Part shown: positions 36,268-49,110 of the stretch, in pieces
Layout: each line of letters begins with the position of its first letter
Numbering within the stretch: the stretch's first letter is position 1
Source: Psammoneis japonica
Taxonomy: Eukaryota
DNA length: 64,000 nt
Assembly: GCA_008632985.1 (NCBI GenBank)
Contig: QPGO01000123.1
Span: 1 to 64,000, forward strand
Direction: 5' to 3'
Position numbers and translations under genes: made by a program
Notes under the pieces: model-generated
Database searches by the model: none
Seen by the model: only the letters and a program-made list of their open reading frames with translations
Told to the model about the DNA's origin: nothing

Positions 36268-39200
36268 TCGGACAACTCGCACGTGTGCACAAACACCAAG
36301 CTAAAAAAATCACACCATGGCACCTGCCAAATGCCGCAATGCCGGCGGCAAGAAAAACACATCCCCACGCAAAGGAGACAAAAAGAAAAAAGGTAAAGGA
36401 AACAACAATGAAAGTGCAGAAACGATTCAACAGGAGGAAGACACAAACGAAAGGGACAAATGGAAGCTGGCAAAAAACAAGAGTTCTGGTGCAAATTCTG
36501 CGCACAACACGTGCACCAAGGAAAGACTGTGACAGAAGGAAACGTCACTCCAGACAATGACAAACCATTCACTCAAGGAAGAAAAACCCGAGAAGGAAGC
36601 ACTGCCAAGACTGTTGCTCCAGCAAACCTCTCAACTGCAGAAGAAGATCACATGGAAGAAGAAGCATCAGAAGAGGATGCCCTCCAGCAACTGACGAGCA
36701 AGAATCACACTGCATCCTCCAATGAAGAGAACAGTCAGAATCTGAATGAATCCAAAGAATCTCAAGAAACCTCACAAGAACCGGAAATTGCTGACCACAC
36801 TCCCTGGTGCCAAATGAGATGCAACGCCTTTCTCACCATTCCGCCCTCAGCAAAGCTGCTAAAAACAGTTGCCTCTGTGCCAAAAGAGGCTTTTGCCATT
36901 GCACAGGAGATGCCAGGCAAGGAAGTTTGTATTGGAACTTGGGATCCTGATCTAGAAGAGACATTTGGAGAATCAAACACTCCAGATGACATTCCTGAAG
37001 GACTTGCCAAAGAAAGAGAGATTCTCAGTGCCTTTCCAGGAGTTGACTGTCTCAACCCAAAGGCAAACAATGAGCACATGATCTGCTGCCAACTGCAGCT
37101 TCTTCAAGTGTCAGAAGATTGCAGCTGCAGAACCATGGCAAAATGCGGACTGCAGCTGACAGGAGTCTTTGATGACATGGAACAAGGAAAATTCTCCGTG
37201 GGCAGGAATCTCATGCCCTGCCAATCAACTTGTTTTGAAGCCATTGGCTGGCTGCATCAAAGCGCCAAAACCATGAGTGAAAAAACTCTTCACCAACAGT
37301 TTTGCAATGCTCTTGGTTTGGGACAAGACTGTGACAGTCTTGGCATCCAATGGAGAGCTGTTGCGGGATGAGATGGAAGACGCCCGACATTCAACAGGAA
37401 AGAACAAGACAAACACCCAGAAGCTCTTCATGTTGTCATCAAGACCAGCAAAGCGCGTGAAGTCAAAATGGCGGCAGAACGACTGTGGAGAGTTGGAGCA
37501 AGGAAGAAAGCATTGGGATTAGAGTTGCGCTTTGCACCCTGCTGCTCTAACTCCACCACTTGGCATGCATCAAATGAAACCAAGCAGAACATCAACAAAC
37601 TGCAAAAATGTCAGCACTTCTTCTGCCAGAAAGTTGTCGGACAGATGGATTGCAGCTTTTTTGATGAACCAGACACCAGGATCAAGACCACTGGAGGTGA
37701 AATCTCCCTGTGCCAACACCTCATGCGCAAGAGGATCCCGGATCCAACTGACCCAGGAAAAATCACACCACTCATTCATCACATCAACGTCAAGTGGAAC
37801 AGGCCAACGGATCATGTCATTGCATTTCCGCAAAAATCTGTTGATCAAGTGTCTCAGATGGCAAACAATGTTGTTCCTGAGTGCCTTCACATCTTTGGAG
37901 CCAATGCAGAACCCTGGTTCACTGCCTCTGGAATTGCCATGCATGCAGATGCAGAACATGACCCTGAAACCGGACAAACGTCATCAAAGGACAGTGAGAC
38001 CCTGTCGGACATGATCATCGAAGATCCTTGGGGTGTGGAAGCCCTTTGGACAGCCAAGAAACAACACACAATGAACGACAACAAACAAGAATCCTTGAAA
38101 GAAGGAGACAAACTGGAGCCGAGTGCCAAACATGAAGGAAATCCAATGGAGGGAAATTCAAAAGCACCCCCCACAGCTGCTCAACAAGCAGCCAAAAAAC
38201 TGGCTCAAGCGGCAGACGTAGAATTGGTTGGTCACCTCAGGAACAAGGACAACGATGTGCAATGCACCAAAGTCACAAACAAGAATGTCACCTTCAACAT
38301 GGAAAATCTGGAAGATCATCACAAATGCGAACAAGACAAAGACGCTTCTGTCAAGACCACTCCGTTGACCAGAGCTAAACTCAAAGAAGCACAAGAAGAA
38401 AACAAGGCATTGACACAAGAGCCAGAAATGCTGTGTGCAGCAAAAGATTCGAACAGTGGTCCGGCCCCAGAAGACATCCAAAATGATGTCTTGGAAGACC
38501 TTCCCAGCTCCCAGGCCGAGGGAGCGGGTCAAGATCCCCAGTCTCCGCCGTCCTCAGTGGGAATGTTGATGACTGCAAAAGGAGGATGTAAATGAGGAAA
38601 ATGACAGTCAGCGCCTGGACGAATCTTGGGGTGACAAAACTGCTGTCAAGCACAACAATGAGGGAGCAAGCCAGCCTCATCTGCAGTTGGGCGAGCTTGG
38701 CGCATCCGAGCGTCTCGATGGGCTCAGCATGGAGCGCGGCGGCGAACTCCTCGGCAACTTCTTGGCTCTTGCGGCACCTGCCCGTGCCGGACAGAAAGGA
38801 TTCGACCTCACAGCGTAACTCCTTGGCACTGGTCAGTCTGCCGGTCTCCCCTTTGGCAGAAGACAAACACAAAGGGATCATGAACTGGGTCAATGATCAT
38901 CATGCTGATGTGCTGGGACCAGTGGAAATCAACCTCAACTTTGCGAGAATCCCCAAATTTGACCAATGGAAAGATGGATGGAGGAACCTCTCACGCAGTG
39001 GCTCCCTTGTGGCAACAAACAAACACTGCTTGACAGAAACCAAGCAACAGCATGGAGGCGTGGGACATCCATTGACAAGATCGGTGAACCATCACCTTGC
39101 ATCAAGTGGAGAAGACCCCTTAGGCTCAGGAAGATGGATCTGGAATCAGTTGAGAGGAAAATCAGGGATTCACACAAGAATCATGACGGTTTGCCGACCT

Positions 39201-42200
39201 GTTCGAGACAACCAAGCAAACCCGGGAAGAGCACACTCACAGCAAGAAACACACTTGGTGTTGAACAATGATCTCCAATGTCCAAGACAAGTGGTTCTAG
39301 GGGGTTCTAGAAGACTTGGCCAAATGCATTGAGAAATGGCAAGAAGCTGGAGATCTTGTTGCACTGGGCGGTGACTTCAACAAGAATGTGCAAGGAACCC
39401 AATTCATTGCATGGCACAGGTCTCTCAATCTGATTGATGCCATGAAAGAGCACCATTCAGACCTTCTCGCTGCAGCAACCTGTGACAAGAACCGCTCTAA
39501 TGTCCCGGTGGACGCAATCTTGGTTTCACCCTCTTTGACAGTGATGAAGGCAGGAATGACTGGCTTCGGGGAATTCGACTGCACCTCCGATCATTGCTTG
39601 TCATGGGTTGACGCATCAAAATCGAGTGCCCTTGGCTGTGCACCACCAAGGTTGGCTGACACTGCGGCGGATTGACTGGCAGCAAAGCTGAAAGACCCGA
39701 AAGTTATAAAGAAGCACACAAAACTCGCAGTGGAAGGGATCCAGAAACATGACCTCCTCAGAAGGGCCATCCGGCTGGAAAATGCGGATGAGTTTGGATT
39801 GGAAGAACAACAAGAACATGAAATGATCTTCAACCTCAACCATCAGATTGGAGAAGAAGCAAAGGAGAAATGCAGAAAACTGCACTTGAATGAGGTGGAA
39901 TCAAGCAATGTCATTGACAAAGCAAGGAAGGAAATCCATCTGTGGTGACTGGCATCCAAGCTTCACCAATTCCGATGAGTCAGCATGAAGATCATAGAGC
40001 GGCACATGAAACACACAGGAAGAGAAGACGCACTGCGTTTGTGCCCTCACCAAATCCAACAAGAACACAAACCAGCCATGAAAAGGTGTCACAGGCTGAA
40101 ATGCCAAGCAGCAAAACCAAGGCAGGATGAGTTCAAAACCCATTGTGCAAAGAGAGCGGAAGCACACGGTGCCTCCAGAGAGAAAGAAGAACGTCTGATC
40201 AGACACAGCTGCCGACAGAAAAGGACATTCAGATGCATTAAATGCATGATGGGCAAACCACGATTGGCGCTACAAACATTGACCGTGCCAGGCCCAGATG
40301 GCAAGGACAGGGTTTTCTCGACCAAGGCAGGCATGGAGGAAGCATGAAAAGGAGAAGGCCAATCAAGATGCGGTCAAACAAGCACAGACCAGTGCAAAGT
40401 TCCATTTGTGAAGGAACCCCTGCTGCAGGACTTCGGTTTCAATGCAGATGCTCTGGCAGCAAAGAGTTCTAGATGGGACCTGTGTGATTCCACCAGAAGC
40501 AGATGAACACGCGGTGAGGCACATCAAACAGCTGACAAGACCCAACCCTCCACTTCCAAATCTCAAGTTGGAATGCACTGCCAAGGAGCATGCACAAGGC
40601 TGGAAGAAGATGAAGGCTCATGCAGCCAGCAGTCCATTCGGTCCATCCTTCTTGGATTGTGAAGCAGGTTGCAAGGATGAGACCACAGCAGAGTTGGACA
40701 CTTGCATGCCAGCCATTCCAGCAAAACATGGATGCACGCCGAAATGCTGGACAAAGGCTGTCAACGTCATGATGCCAAAGAAGACAGACTCGACACACGT
40801 TAAGAAGCTGCAAATCATCGTTCTCTTCAATGCAATGCACAACAAGATGAACAAGCACTGCACGACAGCACTGGTTGACAATGCAGAGATGCACAGAGCG
40901 ATCCCTTGGGAGGCATGCACAAGCAGGAGAAGACACCAAGCTGTTTTTTGCGCCCTGAACAAGGTGTTGACAGGTGACATGTTCCATTGATCACATGGAC
41001 CGGGTGCCACAAACAGCACTGACGCAAAATCGTGTTGCAGTTGCATTCTCCATGCAGCGGCGGCATTGTGCATGCGGAGATTTGGAGCTGGCAAGGATGA
41101 GGTGTTTATGATGAAAGCAACACTCATGCAGATGAAGCACTGTGTAAGAACAGCGCAAGGTGACTCTTTGGAACCATGCAGAGCCATTGAGATCCCACCA
41201 CAAGGTGTCTTCCAAGGACATGGAGCAGCTCCGGCAATGTGGCTTGTTGTCAGCATTCCAGTCATTGACATGCTCAAGGAGGAAGGACATGGAATGCGAG
41301 CTGTTGCTCCTGTCTCAAAACATGCACACCACTGTGTTTGCCACACCTTTGCAGACAATGCGGACCTCCCATGTTTTCCCAAAGGTGATGATGCAATGCA
41401 CCAGGATGCATTGAAGGAAATTCAAGACATGTCAAACTGCTGGGAAGGAGGAATTTGTGCTGCCGGGGGAGCCTCAGCTCCAGAAAAGAGCTGCTGGTCT
41501 CTTGCATCCTCCAAACAGCAAAGTGACTGGTGGGAGTGCCACAGCATTGAGGAAACCCCAGGAGACATTGCCTTGCTGGATCACAAAGGAAACCAAGTGG
41601 CAGCAGAAAGACTTGAGGTGTCTGATGCACGAGAGTCACTGGGGGTGCACATTGCTTTGGATGGAATTCATCAGAGCAAGTGGAAGCAATGGAGGCCAAG
41701 GCAGTCAAATGGGCAGATCAAGTGTGTTCCGGCCACCTCAATGGAACAGAAGCATGGTTCTCTCTTGCAGGTGGCATCATGAAATCGTCAGAGCACCCAC
41801 TGGCGGCCACCTCGCTCACAAAAAAAGAGTGCGTGCAAATGGAGAGACCATTGTGCGAGGTGGCACTGCCTGCAATGGGATGCCCGCGCTCCTTTCCAAG
41901 AAAAATTTTGTTTGCACCAAAGAAATTCAACGGACTGGGTCTGTCGGAATTCTTTGTCAAGCAGGGCATTGCCAAAATGGCAGCATTTCTGCAACAAATT
42001 GACTCAGCTTCAATGACAGGAATGGAGATCAAACAGGTGCACTGGACAATGGTGCTGGAACTGGGACATGAAGATCAGGTCTTCTTGTTGGATTACAACA
42101 AGCTGGGAACCTGGCAACAAAAACCTGGACAAAATCCCTGTGGCAATTTTGCTTGGCGCACTCCATTGAATTGACACCACCCACATGGGTGGTGTCTAAA

Positions 42201-44400
42201 GTGTGGCAAAATGATCAATTCTTGATGGAAGTGATGGAGGCAAATGGCCACAAAGGTGAGAAACTGCAGAAGATCAACATCTGCAGAATGTGGCTGCACT
42301 CATTGCGACTGTTGGATGTTGTGTCAGGTGATGGGCAAAGGATTCTTCCTGAATGCTGGCACAGCACCACAAAATGCCAGACAAAGTGCTGCTGGCCAAA
42401 AGCAGGGTGCCCATCAAGACCATGCTGGAGACTGTGGCAAGAAGCTCTAACTGCAAGCTTCTTGAGAACAGGCAGAAATGAACAACTGCTGTTGAGAAGA
42501 CCTCTGGGGAAGTGGACAGGCAAACCCACAATGAATTGGTGGTTTTCGGAATGCTGCAACAGACTGCACTGTCAGCTGGATGGATGTGTGGAGATGCACT
42601 CAAAAACTCCCCAACGAAGAAGCAACAGAAGAGCGGGTTGCCAATCAAATGGAATGGAGGACACTGTGCCACGCAATGCCAAGCCAACTCAGGTCACAAG
42701 AAGAGGTGTTAAGATGAACCCCACAGCCACTTTGGAGGTGCTGTGGACAGGGGACCCAGAGAGACCTCTGGACAATGTTGAGTGGTCCTTTGTTCCCTGC
42801 GGACATCACCCAAGTTTGGAAACTCTTGCTTGATGCATCGAAGCAGGCACAGCGATTTGTGCAATGGACGGATCCCACAAGGACGGCTTGGCCACCGCAG
42901 GAATGATTCTTGATCCAAGTGAAGGAGACACACACAGATGTCATGGAGCCAATCAAACACCTGGAGCGGAGGATGATCTAACACCACACTGGGGAGAATT
43001 GGGAGGCACATTTGGCACAGTTGCGTTTGTCCTTCGTCTGCGCAGACAATGCAACATCAGCTCCAGAAAAGTGTCATTGGCTTGTGACTGTGACCTGGGA
43101 CTTCGGACATGCTTCTGCAATTCATGTGATGATCCATCGCTCATGAATTGTGACTTAATTCATCCAATCAGGGGAATGACTCTAGAACTGCCAGTGGTTG
43201 TGGAGGCGGCAGAGGCAGAAGGACACAAGGACAAGAACACTCCTCTCCAAGAGTTGTCTTGCCTAGAACAACTGAATGTCAAAATGGATCTTCTAGCCAA
43301 GGTGTGCTGGGAAGCACTCCAACAACACGACGACACAGCACCCTGCAAAATCAAGCAACTAATGTGGTCGGTGCAGCTCCGAGGTAAGACCTTGACTTTG
43401 TGGCAAGAGCAAACTGTCCTGGATCACACAAGAGGACCCCCGGCAGAAGAGTGCTGGCACAAGAAACTGAGAACGGAACACTCTCCACTGAAAATTGATT
43501 GGCAATCCCTTGGGAAAGTGATGCAATGCTGCCCCACCTTCAGACAACTCTGGCAACCTAAATGGAACACCGGTTTTGCACCTACAAACAACGTGCTTTT
43601 CCGCTGGAAGAAGGTGGAGAGTCCAGCATGTCCAAGATGCGGCAAGGATGAAAAAGACATTGATCATGTGCTGTGATGCAAGGCATTTGCAGCTCAAGAA
43701 CTGTGGAGGAAGAAGGCATCCAACCCAGAAAAGTGGTCAACTGACAACCTCACACAACCCGACATCTGGAAAGGTGTGCTCAGCAGCATTGCATCCTGGT
43801 GCGAAGATCTTCCCAGTCCCAACCCACGCTCGGATTACCCACACATGCAGGAAGCCTTCAAAGCACAAGAGAACCCAGGTGGGAGCTCATTTGCACAAGG
43901 TTTTTTGGCCAGTGAATGGGCCGCAGCACAACAAGCTCATTGTGACTTTATCAGATGCAGGTGCACATGCAAAAGATGGGTGGCAGGCTTGATGCAACAG
44001 TTGTGGAACACAGCATGGGACATGTGGCAGCAACGCATGCAAGCATCTGCATCCCCTGCCTCTGAATCGCAACTCACTGCACACAGCATCTTAGACAGGG
44101 AGATTGAAGAAGAGCACAATTTGTTCTTCAACCATCACTTGGATTCACCTCAGTGTGCCAGGTGGTTTACAAGGACAATGGAAGAAGTGCAAGCAGAAGA
44201 CGTTGACTTTAAATGGCACTGGCTGCAGGCAGTGAGGACAGGAAAACGCACTGCACTCTGTCCATTGATGGACCAATGCTCAGAGCAATGGTCCCAATCA
44301 AGAAGCGCTCCACAACTCCACGCGTTGCTGCATTTGTCACGCAAATTGACGTTCTGACTCCATTCCATGGTTGTGGATTGAAAGGAAAAATCAGGCGTGA
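36268..44400 (+). mobile_element. Decayed Ambal-like non-LTR retrotransposon (ORF1 ~36317-38595; AP endonuclease, RT, RNase H, zinc finger)
   Basis: APE-like VEINLNF, GRW, GGDFN, VDAI, SDH; RT-like DAKSCC, QGVFQGHGAAP, FADNADL; RNase H-like DGSHK, GELGG, ACDC, NVKMDLLAK; CPRCG..DHVL. Many stops and frameshifts. Confidence 0.82.
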
Positions 44401-44439
44401 CCAAGCCTCAGGCAGCCGCTGCAAGAAGTGGTGCAAATT

Positions 44440-45004
44440 TTAAGATTGAATTGAATTGAACATGATGGTCGGACATGCAAAAGATCTTTTCGCGCAAAAG
44501 CTGTGCAAAAGGTGGAATCCACTGCAAGGAATCCGGAATCCCAAATGTCTGAGAATGTGGGAATTCCTGACCAAACAAATGTCCGTTGAACAAATGTGTG
44601 CAGCACTGGGAGGTGTTGGACAGATCCAAATGCACAGATCTAATCCAACATCCAGCAGTGGAGAAGGCAGGTGCATGCTTCCACCGCCAACAATGTGCGT
44701 TGTCGAATTTTTTGGGTGATGATGATGAACGCTCAATGGCTGAAAATGAGCAAGACTGTCAATCTGACAGAAAATGAAGATCACTGGGGTGGAAGAAAAC
44801 AATGGCTCCTTGCTGCTGTCTAAACAACAGATGAGTCTCCATGCAGAGACCATCGCAGGAGCCGAAGGACTGGTGTCATGATGTTGGTGCTGCTGTTGTC
44901 ATTCTTGTGAGCCATGTGGCTTGAAAGCAAACCACATGCGCGCGGAGCCAAGAGCAAACACACAATTGTGTGCAACAAACCAAAATCTTGTTCAAATCCT
45001 GTCA
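44440..45004 (-). mobile_element. Relic of a related CoDi: 5' LTR (44765-45004) plus adjacent internal leader
   Basis: TGACAGAAA..CTCCTTGCTGCTGTCTAAAC..GATGAGTCTCC..TTGTTCAAATCCTGTCA, preceded by TGAGCAAGACTGTCAATC, matching 35083-35377. Confidence 0.88.
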
Positions 45005-46668
45005 AAAGGAATGAGTGTCACAGGGTCTTCTGGATCTGGGACACGCTTCTGCATGATGCACTGCCACAGTGCAACAGGTGTTTGCACTGGTTTCCTGCCT
45101 CAGGCAGTTGTCTAATTTTGCAATGAGACCACACTCCATTTGGAGATGACCTGTTTGCAAAAGAAGTGTTGACGTTGTGCAAGTTTGTTTGCATCATGTC
45201 GGATGTCATCAGGTGCACTTTGCATTGCAGGAGATGAGTGGCAAGGGATGTGTCTCACATGCAATCCAAGAACCAGCTTCGTTGCTTCAACTCTCCACAG
45301 ACGTTCTGCTGCGAGTTTCACTTGAGTGTGGTGTGCTTCCACGATCATGTGTGGCGCTTCTCTGGATTCTTGTCAGGTTTGTCTGTGTCAAAAGTCGGGC
45401 GTTTCCCACTTGGCTTAGTGATTGCTCTCCATTGAAAGCCAAGACAGTCTCTTTTGTTTTCCATGCCAAGGGCTTGGGAGAATTTGTGGGAGATTGTCCT
45501 TTTGTTCATGGTCTTCGTGCTCATGCACAGCATCCGATGCATTCAGATCTTGTAGATTGACAAGGCATTGGATGTCATCCAATGGCGAACTTGCCCCCTT
45601 CGACATCTTCAAATGCTCCCAATGACTTTGCTCCACAGTCACAACCTGTCATGTGGTCCAGTCCTTTGCCGGTGGTGAGAAACCGATCTTGGCAGCACAT
45701 TGTGTGTTTTTGGTTTGGTCGAGGTTTCAAGCAGTTGACTCCAAGAAAGATGCTCAGTGTGTCTCTCTTTCCTGAGCTTTTCCTTCTGGTGTGTCATCTG
45801 GAGCAAGCCAAACTCTGAATGTTTCTTCAAGTTTGGGGTCCCACGTGCCGATGAATGCATTGCTTCCCAGAACTTGTTGGATGACTTCAAAGCCTTGTTG
45901 GGTGAGTTTCGCTGCCATTTTCAGTGGCTTTGTGACAAAAACGTTGTGCTTGATTGGAGCGCATGGAACTTCAACTTGTTCCTCTTCATCTTCATCTTCA
46001 GTTTCTGATTGTTCTTCTTTGGTTTCTTCTTCTGAGTCTGTTTGTTCTTGGTGATGTTGGCTGGTTGGAATTTCCCCGCAGGGTTGTTTGAAACTCTGGA
46101 GGACTCCTGTTCTTCTTGTTGTTCTTCTTTGTTGTCCACCAAAACAGAAGTGTCGAGATGGTTTTTGCTGGTCAGTGATGGATTGGGATTGGAGATTTTG
46201 CCATTTCCAGAGTCGTCAATTTCATCTGTTCCTGGAGGTTTGGCAGTTGCATCTTTCGTGGGTCCATCTTCCCATGGTTGCTCTTTTCTTTGCTTTCCTC
46301 ACTTTCCATGTGATCTTTGTCATTGATGTTTTCGTCATCTTCTGAGTCATCTTCCTTGAAGGTCACCCCTTTGCTTCTGGTGTGATGTTCATGTTGCTGA
46401 GGAGTGACGAATGGGTTCTTGATTTGTGTTTTTTGCGCAGAATTTGTGCGGGAGTTCTTGTGCATTACGGTTGTGAATTCTTCGTTCTCGTTTTCGTTGT
46501 TGGTTAGATCAATCGGTTCATTTGCTCTGCCATTTTGGCCTTTGCCTCTTTTCTTGTTGGCTCCTTTGCGTGGTGAGGAGTTCTTCCTCCCGCCAGAGCC
46601 ACTGCGGCATTTCGGTGCCATGGTGCGAGTTTTTTAGCTTCGGTTTCGTGCGTGCGTGTGAGTTGTCT
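45005..46668 (-). mobile_element. 5' end and ORF1 fragment of a second Ambal-like element
   Basis: MAPKCRSGSGGRKNSSPRKG versus MAPAKCRNAGGKKNTSPRKG (36317); shared GFQWRA/GIQWRA and AAERLWRV; similar 5' UTR. Confidence 0.82.
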
Positions 46669-48334
46669 GGGTCCTTCAACTTGTCACCTGCAAATGGAAC
46701 AGCAAGAACACAGAACAGCGAGAATGTGCTTTTCTCTCTCTTCTCGATCAGAAGACTGAAATGCATTCAAGCATGCCATCATGCACTTTCTTGCTCCTTC
46801 TGTTGATGATGCCAGTGGGTGAAGAAATGGCTTTTGAGACTGGTTGCAAGTGGGTTGCACCCCGTTGGTGATTGTTTGGCACAACTCACTTAACACAAGA
46901 TGCACCACATGGATGCCAGGTTGTTGATTTGATGGGTTGGGATGCCGGGCTGCATCAATGTACTTTTCAACTCGCTTGAACAAAGAATGCATCATTCCCA
47001 TCAGTTGTTTGTCCACTTGTTGACAAACCAACTGTGCACTGGCTCCGCTTTTGTGCTTCTTCTTTTGCGGCTCGACACCCCCACCACCAACAAGCTCTCA
47101 TTGCTTTTCCTTGCTGGAAAAAGGCCCACATTCTCATTCACAATGTGAAGCAGTCAAGAGGGACGTGGGTTGCACTTCTTGATTTGAATTGGATTGTGTC
47201 ACATGTGCTGTCATCTGCAAAAAAAGCCTCAAGGAGATCCCGAACAAACTTTGCAATTTGTGTCTTGGTGTTGTCCTTTTCCTTGCCAGCGGTGGGTGCA
47301 GCTGCTGGGGTTGAGCTGGTGTCACCAAGAGCTGGGATGCTCCCTTCTGCTTCCATGGCATCTTGTTGAGCTCCGCTGTTGATGGGCAACTGGAATTGGT
47401 GGGTGGAGGCATGACAGAATGTGCAGAAGGGGTCCACTCTGGATTTGATTGGTGCATGGCATCTTTGCTGCTCAACACTGTCATTTTCACTCAGAGCTGT
47501 TTCTTTTGCTCCATCAAACTCTTCACATTTTTTCTTTTGTTCTTCCCTCTCCCAATGCTGTGCATTCTAGAATTTTTGCTGCTCGAAATGTTGGCACTGC
47601 TTCCTGAGTGGAATGCAATCAGTGATCATTCTGTCCACGATTCTGAAGTTGCTGAAGCATCCAATGACTGATCTCGAGAGCACCACAGAAGCCCCCAACT
47701 TTGACATGTCAGGGCAAACCTTTGCTGTTGACTTGGTGTCATTCAAATTGAGCTTCAGCAGCTTCAATTGAAGTTCCATCGTGTGGCTGACAGACAATTC
47801 AATGTGAAAATCATCCAATGCATTGGTGGAACAATTCACAGTGAGCGACAGGCACAAATCAAAATTTCAACCTGTGATCGCATGCTTTGTGGCATCAATG
47901 GCAACTGTGCAATGCATCGCTTGTTGTCAAATCATTCTGGTTAGACAGTGGCAGGCCTCCAAAGTTAACACACCATGGTGCGGTGTGTTTTTTTTTGTGC
48001 TGTGCAGGTGAGAGTGCCCATTGCAAATCAGCACATGATGGACAGTTGCCAGGTTGCATTTTTGCACGAGCATGCAGATGAAGTTGGCACAACACCGGGC
48101 CAATGCATCCAAAAAAAATCTGCCCTCAGTTCTGCCCTGTGGAGAGTGGTGCTCATCCTGCGGGGAAGAAGACAAACCTGCAGCAATCAGCAAAGGAGCT
48201 GCATGCCAGTGACCAACCTGCGCAAACCCACACGAGGAGTTGAAGCCAAAAAAAACTCCAAGACGAAGTGAGCGATGCTAAAAAAAACACTGTGCCATCA
48301 CCTGGACCATGGCCTTTGAATGCCCACAGTTCCA

Positions 48335-49110
48335 CTCAGCACCCATTGCAGCAAAGGTGTGAACGCCAACATTGACCAACTCGATTGTGAAAAAAAACAA
48401 TGCTTTTGTTGGATTTTTTGCTTGCCCTTGCCTTTTGGGCTTTTGGGTGTTTGATGACTTTCGCTGCAAGAGAAAAAACACACGGTGCCAGCGCGGTGGT
48501 GGCAGCAGCATTGATGTTTCTACGGCACTCGGTGATTTGAGGACAAAGGTGAGAATGCCAACACTTGCTAAAGTGAGCTTTAAAAAACTCATGGTTGTGT
48601 TTGCATTCATTGCAAAGCCTGTCTTTTGGGCGTTTGATGTTTTTTTTCTGTTGCGCAGTTTTTCTCTCACTGTTGCTCTTGTTTTGTGATCACTCACAGG
48701 TCTGCCCAGCACCCATTGCAGCGATGGCATGAACACGGTTGTGGATGAATGTGATTGTGAAAAAAAATGATGCTTGCAGTGGATTCATTGCTGCTCCTCA
48801 CCTCTTGGGTGTTTCAAGACTTTTGCTCCCAGAGAAGGCGCTGACAGGACTGCCAAGTCTGACACAGCAGCACTCACAATCAAGCTTGGCACTTGGGCTG
48901 CAAAGGTGTGAACAACAGAATTTGCTGATGAAAGTGTTGAAAATGTGATGGGCATGTTTGTTTGTTTTGCACATTGCATCTTTTGTGCATTTGATGCTCC
49001 CCAAGTGTGGCACAGTCATTCCCTTGCTGCTTCCACTGTCTTGCCATCCCCCACAGGTCCACTTGGCACCCATTGCAGCAAAAGCACCACAATGATTGTG
49101 GACCAAACAG
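48335..49110 (+). repeat. Degenerate repeat units beginning GCACCCATTGCAGC within an unclassified TpA-depleted relic
   Basis: Copies near 48339, 48709 and 49067; the first two also share GATTGTGAAAAAAAA..TGCTT..TGGATT. Confidence 0.6.
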
